DNA of 64,000 bases from Patescibacteria group bacterium (GTDB taxonomy: Bacteria; Patescibacteriota; Patescibacteriia; UBA9934), in the NCBI GenBank assembly GCA_018062825.1, contig JAGORL010000002.1, positions 65,629 through 129,628 of the forward strand, given 5' to 3'. The notes beneath the pieces were generated by a model. That model had not been told where the DNA came from, searched no databases, and saw nothing but the letters and a program-made list of their open reading frames with translations. The position numbers were made by a program, and so were the translations under genes. Shown here piece after piece: positions 1-9,449 of the stretch. Numbering within the stretch: the stretch's first letter is position 1; each line of letters opens with the position of its first letter.

Positions 1-755
1 GCCGCGCAAAACTGCGCACCTACCATGGCTTCAAGCATGACGCGCGCATGCATGGCAAACACACCTTGAGGGTCAAGGTTACACAATCTGCGCGAAAGAT
101 TAGCCTTCACCGCTGTAGCCTCTAAACTACCCACTGTTGTTGGCGGCAACGGGAAGCCCGTAAAGTGAATATTCTTCTCAGGAACGCCGTATAACTTCAA
201 ACGCTCTACCACGCGTCCGGTCGGCGCAAAGAATTGAATACGCGTGCGGCGAGGATTCATCGGTGCCCACGCTCGGTTGACATCCGCATCACAAAGAACG
301 AGATAAATATCATCCGGGTAATCAAACTCCTCAGCAGCAAAAGCCGGAGTCATAAAAGTGCACACGAGTGGCCGAGGATCCTTAGCTAACGTTTCAATCA
401 AGTGTTTGCACATCTGCTTCTTTTGAATATCGCGATAAATTTGTCGTAGCTGGAGCGATGGCTGAGAGAGATCTCGACGCGGATAAAACGGCTGAATCTC
501 CTGAATTTCATCCATAACACCAAACGCCACCTGACCAAGAATGGGCACTTTCTTAAAACGAGAAATACGCTCGTACCATTCTCTACTGGTATGCCAAACC
601 TGCTTATCTTGAGCAGGCATGCCCTTATAGTCATTTGCCAGAAGCACTCCCTCTTTACCGGTAATGCCAACAAGAGCATTAGCAGCGCGCTCATGTCCAT
701 ATCCCATACTAACCGCTACTACATACGCCGAACCCTTTCCTCCAATATGCGACAT
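1..755 (-). CDS. Partial (3' end beyond window start) GT28-type diacylglycerol glycosyltransferase-like protein (UgtP/MGDG-synthase-like)
   Basis: Manual minus-strand translation from ATG at 753-755 gives MSHIGGKGSAYVVAVSMGYGHERAANAL..., which fits the GxGH N-terminal motif of GT28 (UgtP/MurG-like). A later segment ...HFTGFPLP fits the start of the GT28 C-domain. The frame stays open to position 1. Not in the ORF track because no stop lies in the window. Confidence 0.45.
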   Translation of the reverse strand, partial: MSHIGGKGSAYVVAVSMGYGHERAANALVGITGKEGVLLANDYKGMPAQDKQVWHTSREWYERISRFKKVPILGQVAFGVMDEIQEIQPFYPRRDLSQPSLQLRQIYRDIQKKQMCKHLIETLAKDPRPLVCTFMTPAFAAEEFDYPDDIYLVLCDADVNRAWAPMNPRRTRIQFFAPTGRVVERLKLYGVPEKNIHFTGFPLPPTTVGSLEATAVKANLSRRLCNLDPQGVFAMHARVMLEAMVGAQFCA

Positions 756-758
756 AGC

Positions 759-2477
759 TTATTTACAACCATTTATCGGATCGTACTCAATATCTGCCCA
801 CTGAAGTCCGGAAAGCTCTTGTGTAGGACTCCTGAAAAGCGCATAGACCCGCTTCATACCCGCCCCCTCAGTGAGCATCCAAGATCGTTCCTGTCTTGGC
901 GCAGTAAAGACGTCAAACCTCTCTCCAGTAAAACTCTCATCATGGCCAATAACAACCCGATTAGCGTTATATCCCTCAAGCTGCAAGGATACGTCACGTG
1001 ACGTGGTACAAGAAGCGCCCTCATTGATCATGATATCTACACTGCGTGGGAAGATGTAATTACGACCACCACGCGCAGCAGAAATCTTGCGCAAGAATAG
1101 GATCCATACTGCACCGCGTGTTGCGCCACCGTCATCGTCACCACGCGCAGAAACCATAATGTCCGGCTCGCCATCGCCATTCAAATCACCCAAAGAAGCA
1201 ACACCAGTTGAACCAAACACATCAACGTTATCAAGTGGACCTGCAAAATTACCCTCTGTTGAGCTCACTTTTTTATAACTCTGAACTGAACCGTCCGTAT
1301 TCAAATAGATCGTGTAATAAGCGCCACGCGCATCTCCACCATCATCATCACTATTCACCCCAACAAGAAGATCCGAAATGCCGTCTGCATTAAAATCCGT
1401 TGAGCCATCAACAAATGTACCAAAGCCATCATTTGCATCAAGAAGCCCGGTGAAATTAGGGGTTGTACCTGAAACCTTAGCTTCACTCACAACCGTGCCG
1501 TCAGAGTTCATGAATAAAATGTAAACCGCGCCGGCAAAGCTAGCTCCATCACTATCAGAAAACGCACCCACCACAATGTCATCAAAACCATTACCATCAA
1601 GATCCGCAATGCGGGACACAGAACTACCAAAAGCATCTGAGTTATCAAGGGTTGCCAGAAAATTTCCAGAAAGATCGCTGATCTTATCAAAATCAGAAAC
1701 CGTACCATCCGTATTCAGGTGCAGTATCCATACAGCGCCGCGAGCGTTACCGCCATCATCATCCGAGTTAGCGCAAACAACCAAATCATCAAGACCATCA
1801 CTATTAAAATCATCTACCCGCGCCACACAATTGCCGAATTGATCACCATTATCTAAAACCCCTAAAAATCCCCCCGCGGTATCGCTGATTTTTTGTTCAT
1901 CCTTCACGGTGCCGTCCGCATTTAAAAACAGAATATAAACAGCTCCACGATTTGATCCACCGTCATCATTACCGCGCTCACCAACTGCAATATCAGGGAT
2001 ATCATCCCCATCAAGATCCCCTAACGCTGCAACAGATACTCCAAAAGCATCGGCGCTATCGATCGGACCAGTAAAACCGCCCACGGTAGCACTAATCTTC
2101 TGAACATCCTTCACCGTGCCATTCGTGTTAAGAAAAAGAATATAAACAGCTCCAAAATCAGTTCCACCGTCGTCATCGGCAAATGCGCCAACAACAACAT
2201 CAGTAACGCCGTCGCCATCAACGTCACCAATATTTGCAACACCGGAACCAAACTGATCACCATCACCCAAGTATCCAGAAAAACCACCTTCAGTATCGCT
2301 AATCTTTTGAAATGATCCAACCGTGCCGTCGGTACGAGAAATAACCTCGGTTGCCATGAGAAGAAAGAGGAGTGCAAGAATAACAGAACCAAACGCCAAA
2401 AACGGCATGGACTTAATCAGTGGTCGGTAAAAATGGTGCTTAGTAAAATGAACTTTACTCATATGTTTTACCTGCAA
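759..2477 (-). CDS. Membrane-anchored FG-GAP repeat beta-propeller protein (paralog 1)
   Basis: N-terminal hydrophobic anchor. About 7 repeats of the pattern FG.SVA.GDLDGDG.DD.VVGA..DDDGG...GAVYILFLN.DGTV, typical of FG-GAP/integrin-alpha-like repeats. C-terminal ~100 aa Cys-containing domain. Confidence 0.7.
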   Translation of the reverse strand: MQVKHMSKVHFTKHHFYRPLIKSMPFLAFGSVILALLFLLMATEVISRTDGTVGSFQKISDTEGGFSGYLGDGDQFGSGVANIGDVDGDGVTDVVVGAFADDDGGTDFGAVYILFLNTNGTVKDVQKISATVGGFTGPIDSADAFGVSVAALGDLDGDDIPDIAVGERGNDDGGSNRGAVYILFLNADGTVKDEQKISDTAGGFLGVLDNGDQFGNCVARVDDFNSDGLDDLVVCANSDDDGGNARGAVWILHLNTDGTVSDFDKISDLSGNFLATLDNSDAFGSSVSRIADLDGNGFDDIVVGAFSDSDGASFAGAVYILFMNSDGTVVSEAKVSGTTPNFTGLLDANDGFGTFVDGSTDFNADGISDLLVGVNSDDDGGDARGAYYTIYLNTDGSVQSYKKVSSTEGNFAGPLDNVDVFGSTGVASLGDLNGDGEPDIMVSARGDDDGGATRGAVWILFLRKISAARGGRNYIFPRSVDIMINEGASCTTSRDVSLQLEGYNANRVVIGHDESFTGERFDVFTAPRQERSWMLTEGAGMKRVYALFRSPTQELSGLQWADIEYDPINGCK

Positions 2478-4180
2478 CCGCCCACGGGATCATAAGTAAT
2501 CTCCGCTACCTGCAATCCGGAAAGCTCATGCGTTCGACTCTGAAAGAGAGCATACACCAACTTCGTACCCGCTCCTTCAGAAAGCACCCAGTCCCGCTGC
2601 TCAACCGGACCATCAAACTCCGTAAAGTCACGATTGATAAAGCCAGCATCTTGCCCAACAACAACACGAGTAGCGTCATATGCCTGAAGTGTCAGCGTTA
2701 CGTTACGAGTTGTCGTGCACAGCGCGCCATCATTGATCGATAACGCTACATTGCGCGGAAAAACATAATTACGACCACCAGAAACAAGTGCCTCCAGATA
2801 CATAATCCAAATAGCACCACGATCAACTCCACCGTCATCGTCTTGGAAGGCACTCACAACAACGTCCGGGGCACCATCACGATTAAAGTCACCAATAGAC
2901 GATAGACCGGCAACAGAAATCGAATCCTCATTATCAAGAACTCCCGTAAAATCACCCTCGGTATCGCTCACCTTCTGATAACGCTTCACCGAACCATCTG
3001 CGTTCAGAAAAATAATATAAAAAGCCCCACGATTAGAGCCACCATCGTCATCAAGCCAGGAACCAACAAGAAGCTCGGCAATGCCATCACCATCAAGATC
3101 CTCAATAGCAGCAATAGATGACCCAAAACGATCATCGTCACTCAAGGCTCCAGAGAAACCTGAAGTAAGATCAGAGATCTTAACCTCGCTCATGATCGAG
3201 CCGTCGCTGTCCATAAAAAGGAGATAAACAGCGCCACGAGCGTTACCGCCGTCGTCATCAAGAGAAACGCCAACAGCCCAATCGTCAACACCATTTCCAT
3301 CAACGTCAGGAATCACCGTAAAAGACTTTCCAAAACGATCACCATCATCAAGAAGCGTAGTTAAACCCGATGTTTGACTGACTTTATCAAAACCCGCAAC
3401 TGTACCATCAGTATTCATGTGCAGTATCCAAAAAGCACCACGATCCGTGCCACCATCGTCATCCTGACTAGCACACACCACAAGGTCATCAACAAGATCC
3501 CCATTGTAATCATCGATCCTCTCAACACACTCGCCGAAAAGTTCAAGATCATCAAGCACCCCGAGAAACCCGCCCTCCGTATCGCTAATACGCTGCTCAG
3601 CCTTTACCGTGCCATCGGTATTCAAAAATAAAATATAAAGCGCTCCTCTATTTGTGCCACCATCGTCATTACCACGTTCACCAACAGCGATATCAGGAAC
3701 GTCATCACCATCAAGATCTCCAATACCAGAAACATTAAAACCAAAATTATCAGCGCCATCAATCGGACCAGTAAAACCACCGGTCGTCATACTAATCTTC
3801 TGCGACGCACGAACCGTACCGTCACTATTCATAAAAAGAATGTAGACGGCACCAAAATTCACGCCACCATCGTCATCCTCCCAAGCCCCAACCACAAAAT
3901 CAGTAACTCCATCGTTATCAAGATCCCCAATAGCATCAACGCCTATACCAAACTCATCACCGTCATCAAGCACCTCTAAAAAGTTACCCTCTGTGTCGCT
4001 AATCTTTTGAAAATCACGAATCATGCCCGTACTACGAGAAGCCACCTGTGTTGCCATCAGGAGCGCTACCGAAGCAATAACAAGACCGAAAGCAAGAAAT
4101 GGTAAATGAGCTACAAAAGTCCAAAAAGACCCTTGAAGACCATGCTTGGCTCGAGATTTTCTCCCTCCTTTTCTTGGCAT
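2468..4180 (-). CDS. Membrane-anchored FG-GAP repeat beta-propeller protein (paralog 2)
   Basis: Same architecture and repeat pattern as 759..2477, and the same conserved C-terminal domain (…GGRNY.FPR.V...INdGA.CTT.R.V.L.L..Y.A.RVV.G.D…YDP..GC). Tandem duplicate. Confidence 0.7.
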   Translation of the reverse strand: MPRKGGRKSRAKHGLQGSFWTFVAHLPFLAFGLVIASVALLMATQVASRSTGMIRDFQKISDTEGNFLEVLDDGDEFGIGVDAIGDLDNDGVTDFVVGAWEDDDGGVNFGAVYILFMNSDGTVRASQKISMTTGGFTGPIDGADNFGFNVSGIGDLDGDDVPDIAVGERGNDDGGTNRGALYILFLNTDGTVKAEQRISDTEGGFLGVLDDLELFGECVERIDDYNGDLVDDLVVCASQDDDGGTDRGAFWILHMNTDGTVAGFDKVSQTSGLTTLLDDGDRFGKSFTVIPDVDGNGVDDWAVGVSLDDDGGNARGAVYLLFMDSDGSIMSEVKISDLTSGFSGALSDDDRFGSSIAAIEDLDGDGIAELLVGSWLDDDGGSNRGAFYIIFLNADGSVKRYQKVSDTEGDFTGVLDNEDSISVAGLSSIGDFNRDGAPDVVVSAFQDDDGGVDRGAIWIMYLEALVSGGRNYVFPRNVALSINDGALCTTTRNVTLTLQAYDATRVVVGQDAGFINRDFTEFDGPVEQRDWVLSEGAGTKLVYALFQSRTHELSGLQVAEITYDPVGGCR

Positions 4181-4370
4181 ACCTTCGCGGTAAAACTACA
4201 AAAAGTATACTAGAAAATTCACCCTATTTATAAACCTATCCCCACAAAAAAGAGGAAAAAAGCAGGCATTTTAACGTCCTGAATCCCCAATCGCGCCGCT
4301 TCTATCCCCTGGCTTATTGACGAACATCCCTCATTCACGTACACTTCCGCAGTCTGTAATTCACCTTTTT

Positions 4371-4598
4371 ATGGCTAAGATTTGCAATATCACCGGAAAG
4401 CGTCCTCTCACGGGCAACAACGTCAGCCACTCCAACGTGAAGACCAAGCGCCGCCAAATGCCAAACTTGCAAAAGTCCACGCTGATCAACCCAGCGACCG
4501 GTAAAGCGCAAACGATTCTCGTTTCCAACCGCGGACTTCGCACGATTCGTAAATGGATGGCTGAAGGTAAAATGTTCGACCTTCGAACAATCGCCTAA
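4371..4598 (+). CDS. rpmB: 50S ribosomal protein L28
   Basis: MAKICNITGKRPLTGNNVSHSNVKTKRRQMPNLQ... matches the L28 signature (MAKVC.VTGK.P..GNN.SHA.N.TKRRF.PNLQ). ATG at 4371 lies inside the longer ORF-track frame. Confidence 0.85.
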   Translation: MAKICNITGKRPLTGNNVSHSNVKTKRRQMPNLQKSTLINPATGKAQTILVSNRGLRTIRKWMAEGKMFDLRTIA

Positions 4599-4599
4599 C

Positions 4600-4636
4600 A
4601 AAAAATCTCTCAACTCCGGTTGAGAGATTTTTTTAT
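4600..4636. terminator. Rho-independent terminator (bidirectional, between rpmB and the convergent minus-strand gene)
   Basis: atctctcaac-tccg-gttgagagat is a perfect 10-bp stem, followed by a T-run and preceded by an A-run. Confidence 0.7.
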
Positions 4637-5457
4637 TGAGCAATCTCTTCGGCAAGCTGAATGAGCTTCGCTGCCCTCTCTGGCAAAATATCAACGCGCT
4701 GCGCCAAATCAGCCGCCTCAAAGTCACCAAGCTGTCTACATGTCACCACATCAAACCGTAAAAGCGCTTGAAGTTCAGCCTCAGTTAACCCAGGAATAAC
4801 CGTAATCGGATAAAGTCCAGAATCAGAAATAAGTGACGGCAACGATGCCTTATGCGGCTGATCCCAAGAGATAACACGCATCTTTTTACAGGTAGCGTAC
4901 GTAAATGCCGTACTTGTCATGCGGCCATTAGTAACAACCCACATCTCATCAATAGGATCACAGGTTCCGGCCACCGAACCATCGACAAGATCACAGTAGC
5001 GCGCAAAAGCAGCCAATGTATCTTTTAACTGAACAATATCTCCGTAAGAATTGCGAAACTTTACCTCAACTGCAATACGCCGCCCGTCACGCTCGAGAAG
5101 CACATCAACCTCATGAGCCACACACGCACCCTGTAAATCATCGGGATGCGTTGCTCGATACCCCTGAGCTCGAAAAAGGGCTGCCACATAACGCTCAAAA
5201 GCAAAACCCGCTGGCCCTAAACGTACAAGGCCCTGACGAACATCGTACCGGCAAGCTAAGCAAACATCTTTTTTCCCAAGAGCTTCATACGCAATGGCAT
5301 AGATCTCTTTGGTCGACATACCGTCACGCAATTTGGCCTTCACCTGCTTCACAACGTCAAAAGCGACGTCGCCCGTAGCGCCCGCACGAATCAAACTTTT
5401 AAAAACTTTATCTTCATCAAAGGGCGCTCGCGCACCTGACGATTTCACCACCTCCAT
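4633..5457 (-). CDS. ATP-cone domain protein fused to an Mrr-like restriction-endonuclease-fold domain and a C-terminal helix-hairpin-helix
   Basis: N-terminus VVKSSGARAPFDEDKVFKSL resembles the ATP-cone (NrdR-like). The middle ...HEVDVLLERDGRRIAVEVKFR... fits the Mrr/PD-(D/E)xK catalytic core pattern. The C-terminal ...LTEAELQALLRFDVVTCRQLGDF... is HhH-like. Confidence 0.45.
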   Translation of the reverse strand: MEVVKSSGARAPFDEDKVFKSLIRAGATGDVAFDVVKQVKAKLRDGMSTKEIYAIAYEALGKKDVCLACRYDVRQGLVRLGPAGFAFERYVAALFRAQGYRATHPDDLQGACVAHEVDVLLERDGRRIAVEVKFRNSYGDIVQLKDTLAAFARYCDLVDGSVAGTCDPIDEMWVVTNGRMTSTAFTYATCKKMRVISWDQPHKASLPSLISDSGLYPITVIPGLTEAELQALLRFDVVTCRQLGDFEAADLAQRVDILPERAAKLIQLAEEIAQ

Positions 5458-5481
5458 ACTCCCCCATAGGATACCAGACCG

Positions 5482-6264
5482 CTACTTACCAAACCGGCGC
5501 TGACGACCTTGGAAGTTACGAAGTGCTCGCAAAAAATCTAACCTACGAAATGCCGGCCAAAAAACATCAGTAAAATATAGCTCAGAATACGCCGCTTGCC
5601 ACAACAAAAAGCCAGAAATACGCTCTTCGCCAGAAGTACGGATAATAAAATCAGGATCAGGAACGCCAGCCGTATACAAATGATCATCAATATCTTTTGC
5701 AACAAACGTTGTAGCAAACTGCTCAAGTGACACGCCTTGCGTAGCCTTGGCTTGCGCTGATCGTTTCACAGCATCCACAATCTCTTCGCGACCACCATAC
5801 CCAACCGCGATCTGAATCACCATGCCACCGTGATGCGCAGTTGCCGTCTCTAAGGCGGTGAGCGAAGCTGCAAGCTCCGCCGGGTATAGATCGCGTCGAC
5901 CAATAGCACGCACACGCACTTTGTGCTCAACAAGACGCGGATCCTCCTTCATGCGCGTCGTTTCGCTCACAAGTAACTTAACAAGATTGCCCACCTCCTC
6001 AGGCGAACGATTAAAATTATCCGCACTCATCACAAAAAGAGTAAGTGCCGGAACCTGCAATTCCATCGCCCACGTAATAAGTTTGCGCGCGGTAAGTAAA
6101 CCGTAATAGTGACCAATCTTCGGGTCTTCACCCTTTGCTTTAGCAAAACGTCGATTGCCATCAAGGATTAAACCAACGTGTGTTGGGAGCGGTGACGAAC
6201 GAACTTGTCGCTCAAGCATTTTTTCGTATGCGTAGTACACCGGTGCCAACACGCGATCGATCAT
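5482..6264 (-). CDS. uppS: Isoprenyl transferase (undecaprenyl-diphosphate synthase)
   Basis: GLILDGNRRFA (the DGNRRWA motif) and IIRTSGEERISGFLLWQAAYSELYFTDVFWPAF are the canonical UppS C-terminal motifs. Confidence 0.85.
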   Translation of the reverse strand: MIDRVLAPVYYAYEKMLERQVRSSPLPTHVGLILDGNRRFAKAKGEDPKIGHYYGLLTARKLITWAMELQVPALTLFVMSADNFNRSPEEVGNLVKLLVSETTRMKEDPRLVEHKVRVRAIGRRDLYPAELAASLTALETATAHHGGMVIQIAVGYGGREEIVDAVKRSAQAKATQGVSLEQFATTFVAKDIDDHLYTAGVPDPDFIIRTSGEERISGFLLWQAAYSELYFTDVFWPAFRRLDFLRALRNFQGRQRRFGK

Positions 6265-7529
6265 AGAGTATCTTCTTCAACAAGAGTTGATAAAAGATTC
6301 TTGCCTTTTTCCACCCAATCCGTCAAACCGTAATACTGTTTTTCTAAAATGTAATCGGAAACAATCGCAACCGCGGCGTCAGCATCTGTTTCTCGCAAGA
6401 TACGAACATACCGATCAAGATAGCGGAAATGCATCTCTTCTCGGAAGGCGTCATCTTCAACCTGACGGAAGAGCTGCTCATCCATGACGTGCATAACCGC
6501 TTCGTCATCCGTAAGCGAATCACGCAAATACGCCTCAAGGTCAGCCTGAATCTCTTCAACAGTACGCAAAGACAAATCTTCATCAGACAAACGCCCCTTC
6601 AAACGATCAACAAGTGAACCGACCTGCTCAGAGGCGTTATCCGGATCATAGTGAAGGACAACCGTTTCATGATACGGCTTCATGTCGTAGGTGATGCGCT
6701 CAGGGTGCCCCGCAATATCAGAAGCTACAAGAAGCGAGTACAGGGCCTTGGCAGTCGCAAAATCCATATCCGTATCCACGAACGAATACAAAAGATACAG
6801 AAGCGGTGTACTAAGCCCACCGTCACTTGTGATGCGAAGCGCGATATCTTTCATGAACACCGCTTGATTCTGACTGCGCTGCGGATCTCCAATCTGATAC
6901 GTCTGACGGTGGCGCAACCACTGCAACGTTTCCGTTGTTGGCAATTCTAGCGTGCGGAACATGCCAAGCGCTTCTGAAAAACCGATCGTAGCCACATAGT
7001 CAGCCCGAACCCCTACGATCTTTTCAATTTGAGAAATGCCGTAATCAAGACCGGCGTAAGCACATGCGTTAGCAATATAATATTCCGTCTCAGGATAATT
7101 ACCCGGTGGAATGTACGAATACGTACCACGAGGAACGGAAGTGATCTTCACCGAATGATCCGCAAGGTTAATGGTAACCATGTGAATAGCATCACAATGC
7201 TGACCCTCCCCTTCCTTACGCGAATCAATACCAAGAGTGAGAATATTAATCTCATCATCAGAGCCAAAAGGCACCTCAGGGCTAGCATCAAGAAGCGATG
7301 CTCGAGCTACAATCGCCTCACTCACAGCATCTCGAGCACGTGGCTCGGCCGCCTCTAGGCTCTCAGAAGACGCTGGTGCAAAAAGAACTGAAACACCGAA
7401 AACCACCCCGGCAATGACAAGGGCGGTAAAACCGGCATAAATAATCGTTTTCTTCATACGCCAAAAAACCTCCATAGACCTAATCGGGCGGTATGGTAAC
7501 GAAACCCTAACGCCAAGTAAAGTAACCAC
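6261..7529 (-). CDS. LytR-CpsA-Psr (LCP) family protein with C-terminal extension
   Basis: INILTLGIDSR...GQHCDAIHMVTIN...VKITSVPRGTY matches the LCP core (LLLGSDSR...SDTIML...ISIPRDT). N-terminal TM anchor. True start is probably the internal M of MKKTIIYAG near 7454. Confidence 0.6.
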   Translation of the reverse strand: MVTLLGVRVSLPYRPIRSMEVFWRMKKTIIYAGFTALVIAGVVFGVSVLFAPASSESLEAAEPRARDAVSEAIVARASLLDASPEVPFGSDDEINILTLGIDSRKEGEGQHCDAIHMVTINLADHSVKITSVPRGTYSYIPPGNYPETEYYIANACAYAGLDYGISQIEKIVGVRADYVATIGFSEALGMFRTLELPTTETLQWLRHRQTYQIGDPQRSQNQAVFMKDIALRITSDGGLSTPLLYLLYSFVDTDMDFATAKALYSLLVASDIAGHPERITYDMKPYHETVVLHYDPDNASEQVGSLVDRLKGRLSDEDLSLRTVEEIQADLEAYLRDSLTDDEAVMHVMDEQLFRQVEDDAFREEMHFRYLDRYVRILRETDADAAVAIVSDYILEKQYYGLTDWVEKGKNLLSTLVEEDTL

Positions 7530-7544
7530 TCCCTATCTCTTAAC

Positions 7545-7575
7545 AAAAAACTCCCGACGTTGTCGAGAGCTTTTT
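7545..7575 (-). terminator. Rho-independent terminator downstream of the HU gene
   Basis: ctcccgac-gtt-gtcgagag is an imperfect 8-bp stem, flanked by an A-run and a T-run. Confidence 0.5.
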
Positions 7576-7592
7576 AAGAAACTTGTGGAAGC

Positions 7593-7880
7593 TTAGACGA
7601 GTGCTTCTTTAGCAGCCTTAGCTACTGAGAACTTTACTACAGTCTTTGCAGGGATTTTGATCGTTTCACCAGTTGCTGGGTTGCGACCCATGCGAGCAGG
7701 ACGATTCTTCTTCATGAGCTTACCAAGGCCCGGCATAACAAACTCGCCAGCACGCTTGATCTCCTTGAAGGTAAGATCGATCAAGTTGTCATACATCTCA
7801 CCTGCCTGCTTCTTGGAGACGCCCCAGCGTTCTGAGAGCTCTGCCATGATCTGGCTCTTTGTCATGCGCTTCGTTGCCAT
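7593..7880 (-). CDS. hup: HU family DNA-binding protein
   Basis: MATKRMTKSQIMAELSERWGVSKKQAGEMYDNLIDLT...RNPATGETIKIPAKTVVKFSVAKAAKEAL is the HU/IHF fold signature (R.GRNP.TGE.I.I.A...V.F..GK.LK). Confidence 0.85.
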   Translation of the reverse strand: MATKRMTKSQIMAELSERWGVSKKQAGEMYDNLIDLTFKEIKRAGEFVMPGLGKLMKKNRPARMGRNPATGETIKIPAKTVVKFSVAKAAKEALV

Positions 7881-7960
7881 AGTGATATTCGTTAATGTTT
7901 TTGCGGGGAAAGCGTAACACAGGCCTTAAAACCTTAAAGAAAGTTATTCACACGCCCATC

Positions 7961-8497
7961 CTACGGCTGCAATTCTTCACCCGCAGAAACGCCTTCAATT
8001 CTGATCACAACCGCCTCAACGCCAGGCAGCGTTTTAAGCGTCGATTCGATCTGTGCACGAGCGGCCCCAACCGCACAAGAACCAGCTAAATCATTGGCCT
8101 CTTTGCTCAAAAGTACCGTGGCTACGCCATTTGCAACTGATGCCTCTAGTACCCTAACTTCAAAAGAAAATTGCGTCTGTAAGCCACGCTCCATTTCGCT
8201 CGTATTTGAACCAAGAAGCGACAGGCTAACAAGGCGTGCTGCAAGCTCAGAAAGATCCAAGCCCTCCGGGACCTCTCGAGAAACATAGGCAACCGCCGTG
8301 CTGCAATCGTCACCTCGAGCAATTGCCTCCCCATCAACAAGCGCAATCACTGCACTTGTTGTTTTTGGCGCCTGAATCACAGGAACTTGAGAAAAAAGAA
8401 CTGCAGCAATAACAACCAGCAAGAACGATAAAGCGATAAAAAAGGTAAGATGGCGCATAGAAGTACCCATATCATACCTTGAATGCGCAAAAGGCAT
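7961..8497 (-). CDS. Secreted/membrane-anchored protein, GerMN-like domain (tentative)
   Basis: N-terminal TM anchor, then ~140 aa with a Cys pair and a composition reminiscent of GerMN/LpqB-type domains. Assignment by general pattern only. Confidence 0.3.
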   Translation of the reverse strand: MPFAHSRYDMGTSMRHLTFFIALSFLLVVIAAVLFSQVPVIQAPKTTSAVIALVDGEAIARGDDCSTAVAYVSREVPEGLDLSELAARLVSLSLLGSNTSEMERGLQTQFSFEVRVLEASVANGVATVLLSKEANDLAGSCAVGAARAQIESTLKTLPGVEAVVIRIEGVSAGEELQP

Positions 8498-8513
8498 TAC
8501 TATAGAACCACTA

Positions 8514-9397
8514 TGCAGATCACTATCTTAGGTGCCGGTGAAATCGGCTCAGCTATCGCACATGCCATCGGGAATCGTGCACAAGTAAAGATATGGGACA
8601 AAAACGCCGATAAAGTACCAGATCAAGGCACACTCATCAGCGCGCTCCATGATGCTGATCTTGTATTTCTCTGCATCCCCTCGTGGATGCTGCGCTCAGC
8701 GCTCCACAACATAAAGCCACACCTACCTACAAAAACCGCCGTAGTCGCCCTCACAAAAGGCATTGAGCGTGAAACGTGCCTTTTCACAGACGACCTGATC
8801 GCTCAAGAACTACCAGATCGTGCATATGGCATCCTTGGCGGCCCAATGCTCGCTGAAGAAATAATGAGTGATAAAACTGCCGGCGGCATTCTTGGATCGC
8901 AGGCGGCGGAGTTGCATGAAACAATTGAACAGCTCTTCAACGGCTCATCAATATCCATCGAAACAACAACCGATACCCGCGGCGTTGCTGTATGTGGCGT
9001 ATTGAAAAACATCTACGCAGTAACACTTGGCATCTGCGAGGGCTTAGCACTCGGTGATAACGCAAAAGGGATGATCGTGGCGCAGGCAGTCTCCGAAATG
9101 CAGAGCCTAGCAAAGCGTATGGGCGCAGAGCCGCAAACCGCTTTTGGCCGCGCTGGTCTTGGCGATCTCTTTGCTACCGGCATGAGCACACATTCACGCA
9201 ACCACACCGTCGGCGTAGCGCTCGCTAACGGCGGCGACGGCCACCTGGCTAGCGAAGGGCTCATGAGCCTACCGTGCGTGCAAAAAATCCTCGGCGCTGA
9301 TGTGCAACACTATCCATTACTTGCGGCACTCGTTGCCATTAGCCTCACCGGCGACAATCCAAAACGACGATTCGATGAACTTTTCAGCATCTTGTAA
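8514..9397 (+). CDS. gpsA: NAD(P)H-dependent glycerol-3-phosphate dehydrogenase
   Basis: MQITILGAGEIGSAIAHAI is the Rossmann GxGxxG. LTKGIE...GGPMLAEEI...VKNIYAVTLGICEGL matches the GpsA core. ATG at 8514 lies inside the ORF-track frame starting at 8483. Confidence 0.8.
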
Positions 9398-9449
9398 AAG
9401 CGACTATATCGTGAAATACTCCCGCTAATTACTATTCTTAAAGAACCAT

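Noticed and set aside
4335-4730. 131-aa minus-strand ORF overlapping rpmB
   Set aside because: Antisense to the unmistakable L28 gene.
8483-8513. ORF-track start of the gpsA frame at 8483, overlapping the upstream GerMN-like gene start
   Set aside because: A canonical ATG at 8514 gives the expected MQITILGAGEIG N-terminus. The track evidently allows non-ATG starts.
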